A stretch of 64,000 bases of DNA from Thalassotalea sp. (GCA_051251725.1 JBPOFN010000018.1:15811-79810); one strand, 5' to 3'; numbered from the stretch's first letter, positions 47,169-56,471 are shown. Numbers and translations: made by a program. The notes: generated by a model from the letters alone, not told the origin.

Positions 47169-48917
47169 ATGAAAATCATGCTTTTTTCGGCTTTTAAACT
47201 TAAGAATATAGCAAAAGCTGTTTGTTTTACACTGGGTGTAAGTGCTTTGGCTGGTTGTGATGTTCAAAGCGATGCAGTGGATGATCCAAATGCTCCAAGT
47301 GGCGATTTGACCCCACCAATTCTAACCTTAACGGGTCCAGCAGAGGTTACTATAGAATCTTTCGAGTCTGGTATTCCTTACGTGGAAATGGGCGCAACGG
47401 GATTAGACTATGTTGACGGCCCTGTGAGTATTTCACCAACGGGTATTGAAGATGTAGACACAACAAAACTTGGAATGTATCTAATTACTTTTGACGCCGT
47501 TGATCATGATGGTAATGCTGCAGAAACTATAAGTCGCACAGTTACCGTTGTACAAGCGGTTGATAGAACTGCACCGGTTATTACTTTGAATGGTGAAGCT
47601 GATATTTCTTTTACCAGATATGAGGATACCTACATTGAAGAAGAAGACGGCGGCGCAACGGCTTTAGATGCATTTCAGAATTTTATCGGTACAGGTGTAG
47701 TTGACGTTACAACATCAGGAGATGTAGTAAACAATGATAAACCTGGTGTTTATACCATTACTTATACAGCCACTGATATTGCAGGCAATACAAGAACTGT
47801 AGATCGTACAGTGACTGTTGTGGGGGATCCAGAAGAACCAGTGCTTACTTTAGAGGGTGAAAGCACAATGACTCTACTTGTTAATCGCCCTTACCGTGAA
47901 TTTGGTGCAAATGCATTTGATCCAGGTGAGAATGGTGATGGAGTTATGACCGTTCCTGCACCTACAGGAGACACAGTTGATGTAACTACCCCAGGTACCT
48001 ATACATTAACTTATAGTGTTACCGATACTCAAAACAAAACTGTAAGTGAAGTTAGAACAGTTGAAGTAGTGACTTTAGAAAATTCACGTCCGTTTGTATT
48101 TGAATTAACAACTTTTGCTCTGGATGAAACATTTAGCTTGAAAACGGCACCGACTGATGACTTTTACATAAATTGGGGCGAGGGAGATGCGGAAGTAAAT
48201 ATAGTCGGTGCTGAGGGAGTTACTAACACTTTCGAAACACCGGGTAAACATACAGTTACTATTCGTACTAATTATGTCGGAGGTTCTTACGATAAATTTC
48301 AAACTGAAATAGCAGAAGATATCTCAAAACTTACATCAATTATGCAATGGGGTGATATTAGATGGTATAACTTTCAAAATTCTTTTCAAAATAGTGGTAC
48401 TTTTACCGTGTGGCCTACGGATGTTCCTGACATAGAAAGAACTAAACATCCTGATACACTTGCAACTGGCATATATCGTAATACATTTAATGGCAGTCAA
48501 TTTAATCAACCACTTAACCTTTGGGATATGGAAGGCCAAACTAACGTGCTTAATATGATGCTAAATGCCGTTAACTTTAATCAACCGCTTGATAAGTGGG
48601 ATATGAGTGCTATTACAGCTGCGAAAAATTCGTTTAATGGCATGGTAAGTTTTGACCAAAATTTAGGTAGCTGGAACTTATCTGCACTTACAAATGGGAA
48701 AAATGCGAATGGCACTTTTAGCGGAACAATTGGATGGAGCGTTGCCAACTGGGATGCTACTTTGGTTGGTTGGGCGGCACAAGGTCTTACAGGTGTCTCT
48801 AAAATTGTTGCAGGATCTAATTATCACAGTAGCGCCGTAGGAACACCTGCAGTTGAGACGTTGATTGGTTTAGGTTGGAGTATTAATGATGCAGGCGAAG
48901 AAATCGTCGCACCATAA
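47169..48917 (+). CDS. surface lipoprotein: three Ig-like (DUF5011/HYR-like) repeats + DUF285 (BspA-type) repeats
   Basis: 582 aa. Lipobox SALAGC. Three ~85-aa repeats end in RTVTVV/RTVEVV (e.g. PVITLNGEADISF...GVYTITYTATDIAGNTRTVDRTVTVV). The C-terminal repeats FNQPLNLWDM / FNQPLDKWDMSAIT / FDQNLGSWNLSAL are typical of DUF285. Confidence 0.8.
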   Translation: MKIMLFSAFKLKNIAKAVCFTLGVSALAGCDVQSDAVDDPNAPSGDLTPPILTLTGPAEVTIESFESGIPYVEMGATGLDYVDGPVSISPTGIEDVDTTKLGMYLITFDAVDHDGNAAETISRTVTVVQAVDRTAPVITLNGEADISFTRYEDTYIEEEDGGATALDAFQNFIGTGVVDVTTSGDVVNNDKPGVYTITYTATDIAGNTRTVDRTVTVVGDPEEPVLTLEGESTMTLLVNRPYREFGANAFDPGENGDGVMTVPAPTGDTVDVTTPGTYTLTYSVTDTQNKTVSEVRTVEVVTLENSRPFVFELTTFALDETFSLKTAPTDDFYINWGEGDAEVNIVGAEGVTNTFETPGKHTVTIRTNYVGGSYDKFQTEIAEDISKLTSIMQWGDIRWYNFQNSFQNSGTFTVWPTDVPDIERTKHPDTLATGIYRNTFNGSQFNQPLNLWDMEGQTNVLNMMLNAVNFNQPLDKWDMSAITAAKNSFNGMVSFDQNLGSWNLSALTNGKNANGTFSGTIGWSVANWDATLVGWAAQGLTGVSKIVAGSNYHSSAVGTPAVETLIGLGWSINDAGEEIVAP

Positions 48918-49016
48918 TTAAATGAGTTTAACTCTGAAAGTGTTGGTTCCTTTTTATAAATTAACACTGAAGATGCGGCCAAGAACCTAACACGATATTG
49001 GCTGAAAAATAAAAAC

Positions 49017-49044
49017 CCGATGAAGCGTATTCATCGGTTTTTTT
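49017..49044 (+). terminator. Rho-independent terminator
   Basis: Perfect 8-bp stem ccgatgaa / ttcatcgg with a 5-nt loop, followed by T7, ~100 nt after the stop of 47169..48917. Confidence 0.75.
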
Positions 49045-49727
49045 GTGCTTTTTAACGCCTAATAAAATATCAATAACTGTCATTTTTTAATTGTGTCGTA
49101 ACTAAATGGAGCCCTAACTAACTTAACTAAAGCCTATAGTCGAACATCTTTCATACGTTTAAAGGAAAGTAACCTTCTATTAATGGAATGGGTATTACAA
49201 ATTTATATTACCTTTCATCTAATCGTACTTTCCTAATGGATCTTGTGTTATGTGCCCTGCTATTAGTCCCATTTTAATATGGCTTTTATAAAATCATTAA
49301 CTCTAGATGAAATGATTTAACTAGCGTTTCCTTGATGTTTTTTAGGTTGTTATATATAAAAGTATATTTATAGGTAGTGATAAGTAGTACTCTTTATTGA
49401 TTGGTTATAAAATAAAAAATAACTACTGATCTGTTTTTGTTGATTATTATTTGATGGCTCTGCTTGTGGCTTTTGATTTTAGTGATTAAGTGTGGTAGAT
49501 CAAAGGTGTGATTATTGTATTTAAAATGTCTTTTGGTGTTTGTATATTTTTACGCTGTAATTCTATTTTATATGCATGGTGGCGCCATAGGTTGTAGAGG
49601 TTATTACCGTTAAAGTTAGTGGTTTGAGAATACTTGAATGAAAAACGGTTATCGATTATTTCTCAGATTGAATCGCATTAATTACAAAAAACTAAAAACT
49701 AAAAAATAAAAATAGGGGGAGGGAAAT

Positions 49728-52619
49728 ATGATTTGTAAAAAAAATAAACAGTGTCTTGCATTTATAATAGGAGCATTACTAAGTGGTTCACTCCATGCAG
49801 AAGAACAGGTGTTTTTCGATAAAAATTCTTCAGCAATTTTAACGTCAATTGAGGGAGGAGCAAATTGGTCTGAAGATTCGATAGCTGGCGCTTTTAACTA
49901 TAACAATAATGGTGAATTAGCATCGCATAGGGCAATGATTTATTCTACTGAGAGTTATCAATCGAACGATGGTTTTCGCTTAACCATAGAGTATAAAGCG
50001 GGTTCACTTAGCAACTTAAACTCTCATAACTTTTCATTTGGCTTGATAAGTGACGATACTGATTTATCTAGTTATCATGGTAGTAACCCATTTGCGGCAA
50101 CACAATCTGTTTACAGTATTGGCGCAAACTTAACCTCTGATAATGGCACTTCTGCACGAGGTTTAAATTTTACTGATGGAAGCAAGCGGGTGACTTTAGA
50201 TGAGTCTGGTACTCGCGTGCAATTTGCTATCGGTCAAACGACTAAAGTGACAATTGAAGTAGGCATCGGTGGTTATTGGTCTTATCGAATAAATGATGAA
50301 TTTGAAGCTGACGGTGTGTTAGCTGAGGGTTTTGACTTGAGTAAAAGTTATCGTGTAGCCGTTTATGGACAAGATGACCAAGGTGGAGAAAAATCCATCC
50401 AATCTATTACCCTTAAAAAGGCCTATGCTGCTGGCGAGCGCGCGGCAAGTATTCGGGGTGAATGGTTCGGTGGAGAGGGAGATGTTGAGTCGGTTAAGCA
50501 TTTTAAAACCCTTGATACGATGAAAGCGAGTTTTACTAATGGTGCAAGTTTGTCAGCAGTACATTCTGCACCTCAAAAACTCTTAGAGAGAATTGCGCTT
50601 TATGGTGCTGATGGTAACGGTCCTGCAATTGATTTGATCGCGCCAACTTGGGGAGATCTCAGCCTAGACGAACCTGAAAGTGATCCTTTTCTTGAACAGG
50701 TTTTAGCCATTAAAGCCGCAGGCTTTAAAGTAAAAGCTTACACCAATAGTGAGAATTTTGTTGGTAGTAACGGAGCAGAACTACAAGAGTTTGTTGACCG
50801 CTGGAAAGCGTATTGTGATACCGACCCTGAAATACAAGCCTTTATTAATAGCCAACCTTTTCATACGGGGATTTGGGATCGTGATTTACAAACTTACGTA
50901 GATGCTTCTGATACTTATCCAAACCGAAAATATATGTTCGTCTATGCAGAATATATATTAAAAGATCAAGCACTACGTTATGGCAAACATTTTGGCTCTT
51001 GGATTTTTGACGATGGCGACACCATGGCTCAAAACGGAGATAAGGCAACCAGTGGTATTATAGAAGAACAACGTATCTATCAGGCGTACGCTAATGCAGT
51101 TCATGCTGGTAACCCTGAAACGCCTATCGCATTTAATAATGGTCGTAGCACGGTTAACTATGATTCTTTTCCTTTTGCTCACGCAGTAAGATTTGAAGAT
51201 TTCACTTTTGGTCATGCTTTCGGTGGTAATAACGATCATGCAAGTAAAACGGGATCTCAGTTCAACAATAACTACAAGCACGTAACGCGGATGACTGAAA
51301 CCGATGGTTATGTTCATGCGGGTGGAGCTTGGGAGTGGGATGATAAAATTGTTGGCAACATGCACTCTAAGCTAAGTACCAGTGCTTGGAAATATGGGCC
51401 TACTCAGGCGTGGGAAGAAGCCGATTTTTATCAATGGAATTTAGAAGCATTGCAAGCCGGCGGTCATATGACATGGGGTGGTTCTACACCAAGAACCTCT
51501 GAAACGCTTTATGGTTGGGCATACACTTTATTAAAAGGTCTTGATGATCATTTAGCTAAGTACCAAAACCCCGGCTCACCTGATTGGGCTCGATATGCCA
51601 CAATTTTGCCAGATGCTCACATAGGACAACCTTATACGCATACCTTGCAAAATAACATTGATTTTTGGGATCCAGAAGGGGATGGCGTGACACTTGAGTT
51701 ACTTGATGCTGAAGATGATGCACCGTCATGGTTGACGCTTACCGAAGATCAAGATAACCCAGGTGCTTGGATTTTAAGTGGTATTCCATCAGAAACGGTT
51801 GAAACAGTGTTTACCTTTAAACTTCGTGTAGCTGCTTACGATGGTGAGAAAGAACGTACGGTAACATTAAACTTAACGGAAGGAACGAGTCCGTATCCAT
51901 TTAGCGGTAATACAGCAATATTCGCCTTACCAAATACTGATTATGGTGTTGATAATGTTGTTACCATGGAATCATCTGTGCTCACCGCACCGGATGGACT
52001 TGCGACTTTTCAGATTGCGATTGACCTAACTCCTGCTGCCGGTAGTAATATTAACAGTAGTGAAACTAGCTGGGGGATAGGCGAAAATAGTCAATTCGCA
52101 GGTTTTGAGGGAAGTACTGTAGATTCTATTGATAACCTTCGACTTATTAACTTTAATGCTAAAGGTGGCAAATTACATGAAGATAATTTTGTTCACTTAT
52201 CATTTGAAAATCTAGATATTGTTAACGCCAGTAATAGATGGGATCGAGTTAGGGTAACAACCAATGGGATACAAAACTCCTCTAATGGTAGTAAAGGATC
52301 TGGCCTATTAGATTTACGTTATGCTGGTGAAGAAGACCTAACTCATCTGATACTGGATACCGGTACAAACGGAGCCGGTTCTAATGTTTGGCAAGTCAAT
52401 AGTATTGGTGTTTCATATATTGTTGAGCAAAACGATACTGTTGATGGCGATTTAGATGGCGATGGCGCTTTAACAAGAGATGACATGTTAATGTTTAGAA
52501 GTGCTTTAGGTAGCAGTGTTGGTGACGGTGCTTATAACGACGCCGCAGATCTAGATAATGACGGTGCTATAACCCGTTCTGATTATAGTATTTGGCTTGG
52601 TTTATATCGAAATCAATAA
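49728..52619 (+). CDS. multidomain secreted candidate endo-fucanase (GH107-like) with ConA-like N-module, cadherin/Ig-like module and C-terminal dockerin-like module
   Basis: 963 aa with a signal peptide. The catalytic region shares YPNRKYMFVYAEYILKDQALRYGKHFGSWIFD and FEDFTFGHAFGG with 16595..18082. GQPYTHTLQNNIDFWDPEGDGVTLELL..SWLTL is Ig/cadherin-like. The C-terminal DGDLDGDGALTRDD...DLDNDGAITRSD is dockerin-like. Confidence 0.7.
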   Translation: MICKKNKQCLAFIIGALLSGSLHAEEQVFFDKNSSAILTSIEGGANWSEDSIAGAFNYNNNGELASHRAMIYSTESYQSNDGFRLTIEYKAGSLSNLNSHNFSFGLISDDTDLSSYHGSNPFAATQSVYSIGANLTSDNGTSARGLNFTDGSKRVTLDESGTRVQFAIGQTTKVTIEVGIGGYWSYRINDEFEADGVLAEGFDLSKSYRVAVYGQDDQGGEKSIQSITLKKAYAAGERAASIRGEWFGGEGDVESVKHFKTLDTMKASFTNGASLSAVHSAPQKLLERIALYGADGNGPAIDLIAPTWGDLSLDEPESDPFLEQVLAIKAAGFKVKAYTNSENFVGSNGAELQEFVDRWKAYCDTDPEIQAFINSQPFHTGIWDRDLQTYVDASDTYPNRKYMFVYAEYILKDQALRYGKHFGSWIFDDGDTMAQNGDKATSGIIEEQRIYQAYANAVHAGNPETPIAFNNGRSTVNYDSFPFAHAVRFEDFTFGHAFGGNNDHASKTGSQFNNNYKHVTRMTETDGYVHAGGAWEWDDKIVGNMHSKLSTSAWKYGPTQAWEEADFYQWNLEALQAGGHMTWGGSTPRTSETLYGWAYTLLKGLDDHLAKYQNPGSPDWARYATILPDAHIGQPYTHTLQNNIDFWDPEGDGVTLELLDAEDDAPSWLTLTEDQDNPGAWILSGIPSETVETVFTFKLRVAAYDGEKERTVTLNLTEGTSPYPFSGNTAIFALPNTDYGVDNVVTMESSVLTAPDGLATFQIAIDLTPAAGSNINSSETSWGIGENSQFAGFEGSTVDSIDNLRLINFNAKGGKLHEDNFVHLSFENLDIVNASNRWDRVRVTTNGIQNSSNGSKGSGLLDLRYAGEEDLTHLILDTGTNGAGSNVWQVNSIGVSYIVEQNDTVDGDLDGDGALTRDDMLMFRSALGSSVGDGAYNDAADLDNDGAITRSDYSIWLGLYRNQ

Positions 52620-52743
52620 ACTATATTCGTAAGCTTTAGCTTATCATCTACAAGCGTTTGTTGTTTAAATGATTGGAAAGCAAATTTAATTAGCATTTAA
52701 TCAGCATTTAAGCTACTAAATAGCAAACTAGTTAGAGGATTAA

Positions 52744-52787
52744 AGAGTTAATACTGTGCCGTTAAGGCAAAGTATTAGCTCTTTTTT
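52744..52787 (+). terminator. Rho-independent terminator
   Basis: Extended hairpin agagttaatact..tgcc gtta aggca..agtattagctct (one G-U pair) followed by TTTTT, ~125 nt after the stop of 49728..52619. Confidence 0.7.
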
Positions 52788-52863
52788 ATGTGTTTAACTT
52801 TATTTAATACAACCTAACACGAGATAACAATAATCACTTCTTCTGACCGAAATATTGTAATAA

Positions 52864-53279
52864 CATCTTTATCTTAACCATAAGCAACAGGTTAGAGCCA
52901 GCATGCCGCACATTCAAGTTTTGGGAACTGAAGAAACCCGTAACTTAACGGTGTTAGATAAGCAATTCAAATATATTCATTGGTATTACCAAGATGAACA
53001 ACAAAATTTAGTTCCCACTGAAGAACTTTATGATTTAGTAAATGCCCCTACGAAATGACTAATATTGCGGGTAATATTCGTTTTGCTGAGACGTTAGAAA
53101 AAATGCGGAATTTATATGACCAGCAAGTAGAACACTGGATACAGAAAAGTGTTAAATACAATGGATATGCTGAATATGGGCAACTATTTGATCGCCATTT
53201 GAATTGGGCAAGTAAGCAACAAATTCTGCTCAAAAAGAATAATAAGAACAAAAAATCAATTAACGTCAGTAAAGGTTAA
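52864..53279 (+). pseudogene. C-terminal remnant of an S1 sulfatase gene with a 1-nt frameshift
   Basis: Frame A (52864..53055) reads ...TVLDKQFKYIHWYYQDEQQNLVPTEELYDLVNAPTK*. Frame B (track ORF 53055..53279) reads (PYE)MTNIAGNIRFAETLEKMRNLYDQQVEHW... Joined, they give the classic sulfatase C-terminal ELYDL-x-N-x-P-x-E-x-x-N motif. The shift maps to the CCCC run at 53045..53048. No N-terminal catalytic part is present. Confidence 0.7.
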
Positions 53280-53306
53280 CTTATCGGTTGATTCATTAGT
53301 TTTAGT

Positions 53307-53332
53307 AACCGCTTTATTCGTGAAGCGGTTTT
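53307..53332 (+). terminator. terminator-like hairpin after the sulfatase remnant
   Basis: 8-bp stem aaccgctt / aagcggtt with an 8-nt loop, followed by tta-t. It lies 28 nt after the stop at 53279. Confidence 0.45.
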
Positions 53333-53394
53333 ATGGACCTTAAGCTCTGTTTGCAAAATATCGCTATTATCAATACTGGCTGAAGCATTTTTAT

Positions 53395-53448
53395 TTCAAC
53401 GTTTATGAAACAGTCTCACGACTGATGACAATTAGAAGTGTTAACTAA
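53395..53448 (+). promoter_or_regulatory. conserved 54-bp intergenic element, copy upstream of beta-helix/PDZ gene
   Basis: ttcaacgtttatgaaacagtctcacgactgatgacaattagaagtgttaactaa matches 56418..56471 at 46/54 positions by hand alignment, with no gaps. Confidence 0.6.
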
Positions 53449-53747
53449 TCCAAGTCTAATAAATCAGTCGCCACTCAGTGTGTACACAAATGGTTTGAAA
53501 ACAACTGGAATATTTTTGTATATAGTTATACTGTGTAGAGGTGTTCTGTTTGGTAATCACATCGTTTGAAAGCTCAACAAAGTCGAGTTTTAATTTCGTA
53601 CAGCCTGTGTTAGTGATTTTTTAAGAATACCGAATGGATGTAGTTATTAGAGATGGTAGGAACATATTTCCTGCATAACAATTCTCTTCAATCAATACCT
53701 ACCTTTAAACATTTTATCACTCGCTGAGTGGGAATAAATTTATTGGA

Positions 53748-56186
53748 ATGGTTATATTATTTAAAATAGGTTTTATGATGAAAAAATATACACCTAGAGT
53801 TATGTGTCTGTTATTTGGGACACTAATCTCTTCTGCTCACGCCTTAGATGTATACGTGAGTCCTAATGGTTTAGATTCAAATAGCGGCGCTGCAAGCGCC
53901 CCGTTAGCGTCACTGGCCGCTGCCCAACAAAAAGCACGCACGGTTGCGGGGAAAGAAGCGGTGACTGTGCATGTTGCCGATGGTATCTACTATCTCCCTG
54001 ATACCCTAGTATTTACCCCAAAAGATTCCGGTTCAAAAACGCACCCCGTACTTTACAAAGCACAAAATGAAGGCGGTGCGGTACTTAGTGGTGGTTCAGA
54101 ATTATCTCTAAAGTGGCAACCGTATGAAAACGGTGTATTTAAAGCGAAAACGCCAGAAGGGTTGGTGATTGATCAGTTATTTATTGATGGCGAAAATCAA
54201 CGAATGGCGCGTTATCCAAACTACGATGCTGAGAAAAAAGCAGAGCCTTATCAAGGCTATGCCTCAGATGCTTTTTCTAAGGATCGTGCTGCAAGGTGGG
54301 CAAACCCTACAGGTGGCTACATTCATGCCATGCACAGAGCTCAGTGGGGTGGTTACCATTACCTCATCACAGGCAAAGACAGTAATGGCGAAGTAACTTA
54401 TAAAGGTGGCTGGCAAAATAACCGTATAAGTGAAATGCATTGGGGCTACCGCATGGTAGAAAATATCTTTGAAGAATTAGATGCGGAAGGTGAGTGGTAC
54501 CATAATACCAAGCATGACTCTGCCAGCGCACCGCAAGAAAACACTCTTTATTACAAGCCTAGTAAAGGTGTTGATTTGAATGCGGCTAAAGTTGAAGTTG
54601 TACGCTTACGTCACCTTGTTGATTTTCAAGGTTCAGAAGCAAGCCCTGTGAAACACATTACGTTACAGGGTTTTGTGGTTCGTCACGCGGCACGTACATT
54701 TATGGACACCAAAGAGCCATTGTTACGCTCTGATTGGGCTATTTATCGTGGTGGTGCCTTTTTGCTGACAGGTACCGAAGATGTTCAAATACTTGATACA
54801 GAATTCGATCAAGTTGGCGGTAATGCGATTTTCGTCAATAACTACAACCGTAATACCCTTATCAAAGGTTGTCATATACACGATACCGGTGCTAGCGGCG
54901 TCGCCTTTGTCGGTGATCCAAATGCAGTACGTGATCCTTTATTCGAATATAGAGAGACCAATGACTTAACAAAAATTGATCGTACACCTGGACCTAAAAC
55001 GCCTAATTATCCAAGTTTAGGCACGGTTGAAGACTGTCTTATACACGGTATTGGTACGGTAGAGCGTCAACCTGCCGGCGTACAGATTTCTATGGCGATG
55101 AGTATTACCGTACGCGATACCTCCATCTATGATACTGCTCGTGCTGGTATTAATGTTAGCGAGGGTACATGGGGCGGTCATTTGATTGAGCGTTGTGATG
55201 TTTTTGATACCGTACTTGAAACTCACGATCATGGTTCATTTAACTCCTGGGGACGTGACCGTTTCTGGCATAAAGACCGCAAGGTTTCACAAGCTGAAAT
55301 CGACAAAGATCCAAAACTACCTTTCCTAGATGCGATCAAAACAACAACCATTCGTGATAGCCGCTGGCGTAGCGATCATGGTTGGGATATTGATTTAGAT
55401 GACGGCTCAACTAATTACGATATTTATAATAATGTCATGTTAGCGGGTGGCTTGAAGCTCCGTGAAGGTTTCCGTCGCCATGCTTGGAATAACATTACCA
55501 TTAACCGAGGTTTCCACCCTCACGTTTGGTATAAAACCAGTAAAGATCAAGTTTACTCTAATATTTTTATGGTGCCGCATAAACCTGCTGGGATGAAGGG
55601 GAGCTATACAGACGAAACACGTGTCGATAAAAATTTTTATTCTGCTGATAAATCAGCAGTCATGAAGATCTCTAAGCCATTAGGTTGGGATAAAAACTCT
55701 GTTTACGGTGAGCCGATGTTTATTGACCCTGCTAATGGCGACTTCCGAATAAAGAAAGAGTCGACAGCACTTGATACTGGTTTTAAAAACTTCCCTATGG
55801 ATCAATTTGGTGTGAAAAAACCGTCGTTAAAAGCGATAGCTAGAACACCGGTTATTCCAAAAGTGGGTGATAAATCGATAGTTGGCTCTAAAAAAGGCGC
55901 CAAACAGATGAGGTGGTTCGGGGTGATTTTAAAACAATTATCAGGTTCTCAGTTTTCAGCCTATGGTGTGAGTAAAGATTCAGGTGGTGTGGTACTTTCA
56001 GATTTTAGTAAAGGAAGTAGAGCTGCTCGAGAAGGTTTTGAAGACGGCGATGTAATCCAGGCGGTCAACGGTAAAGGGCGACTAAATTTGAAAACATTCG
56101 AACGCGCTTTTGCTTCAGCTAAAGGTGTTGTTACACTGGAAGTTGTACGTAATCAGGAGGCGATAGAACTTAAGGTCAAGTTGTAA
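53748..56186 (+). CDS. secreted right-handed parallel beta-helix repeat protein (candidate glycanase/lyase) with C-terminal PDZ-like domain
   Basis: 812 aa in the track. The likely start is the MMKKY at 53775, with signal peptide ..LLFGTLISSAHA. DVYVSPNGLDSNSGAASAPLASLAAAQQKAR, beta-helix rungs and C-terminal-proximal PMFIDPANGDFRIKKESTA are shared with 40802..43045. The last ~90 aa (from 55908) GVILKQLSG..GVVLSDFSKGSRAAREGFEDGDVIQAVNG..LEVVRN are PDZ-like. Confidence 0.75.
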   Translation: MVILFKIGFMMKKYTPRVMCLLFGTLISSAHALDVYVSPNGLDSNSGAASAPLASLAAAQQKARTVAGKEAVTVHVADGIYYLPDTLVFTPKDSGSKTHPVLYKAQNEGGAVLSGGSELSLKWQPYENGVFKAKTPEGLVIDQLFIDGENQRMARYPNYDAEKKAEPYQGYASDAFSKDRAARWANPTGGYIHAMHRAQWGGYHYLITGKDSNGEVTYKGGWQNNRISEMHWGYRMVENIFEELDAEGEWYHNTKHDSASAPQENTLYYKPSKGVDLNAAKVEVVRLRHLVDFQGSEASPVKHITLQGFVVRHAARTFMDTKEPLLRSDWAIYRGGAFLLTGTEDVQILDTEFDQVGGNAIFVNNYNRNTLIKGCHIHDTGASGVAFVGDPNAVRDPLFEYRETNDLTKIDRTPGPKTPNYPSLGTVEDCLIHGIGTVERQPAGVQISMAMSITVRDTSIYDTARAGINVSEGTWGGHLIERCDVFDTVLETHDHGSFNSWGRDRFWHKDRKVSQAEIDKDPKLPFLDAIKTTTIRDSRWRSDHGWDIDLDDGSTNYDIYNNVMLAGGLKLREGFRRHAWNNITINRGFHPHVWYKTSKDQVYSNIFMVPHKPAGMKGSYTDETRVDKNFYSADKSAVMKISKPLGWDKNSVYGEPMFIDPANGDFRIKKESTALDTGFKNFPMDQFGVKKPSLKAIARTPVIPKVGDKSIVGSKKGAKQMRWFGVILKQLSGSQFSAYGVSKDSGGVVLSDFSKGSRAAREGFEDGDVIQAVNGKGRLNLKTFERAFASAKGVVTLEVVRNQEAIELKVKL

Positions 56187-56196
56187 ATTCAAACTT

Positions 56197-56232
56197 GTAG
56201 TTCAATAATTATTTATCTAGTTATTGAACTAC
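56197..56232 (+). terminator. terminator-like hairpin
   Basis: Perfect 12-bp AT-rich stem gtagttcaataa / ttattgaactac with a 12-nt loop, 11 nt after the stop at 56186. The T-tract (ttaattgtt) is weak. Confidence 0.45.
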
Positions 56233-56417
56233 TTAATTGTTACGGAGACGGCTATTTTCAACGATTAGAAGTGTCAATTAGAAATATCGGCATGCTGTTT
56301 GGTTAGCCATTAAACTACAGAAAATAGACTTTAAGTTTAAAACACACAACATCTCAAATTTGCTTAAACAACTTGCCAATTTTCCTACAGCACTACATTG
56401 AGCAGTTGCTGTATTTT

Positions 56418-56471
56418 TTCAACATTTATGAAACAGTTTTATACCTGATGACAATTAGTAGTGTTCACTAA
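56418..56471 (+). promoter_or_regulatory. conserved 54-bp intergenic element, copy upstream of sulfatase-GH29 operon
   Basis: ttcaacatttatgaaacagttttatacctgatgacaattagtagtgttcactaa lies 113 nt upstream of the ATG at 56584. See 53395..53448. Confidence 0.6.

Noticed and set aside
53048-53251. 67-aa minus-strand ORF, and the 74-aa plus-strand ORF 53055..53279 treated as an independent gene.
   Set aside because: The plus-strand ORF is the post-frameshift tail of a sulfatase remnant. The minus-strand ORF is antisense noise.
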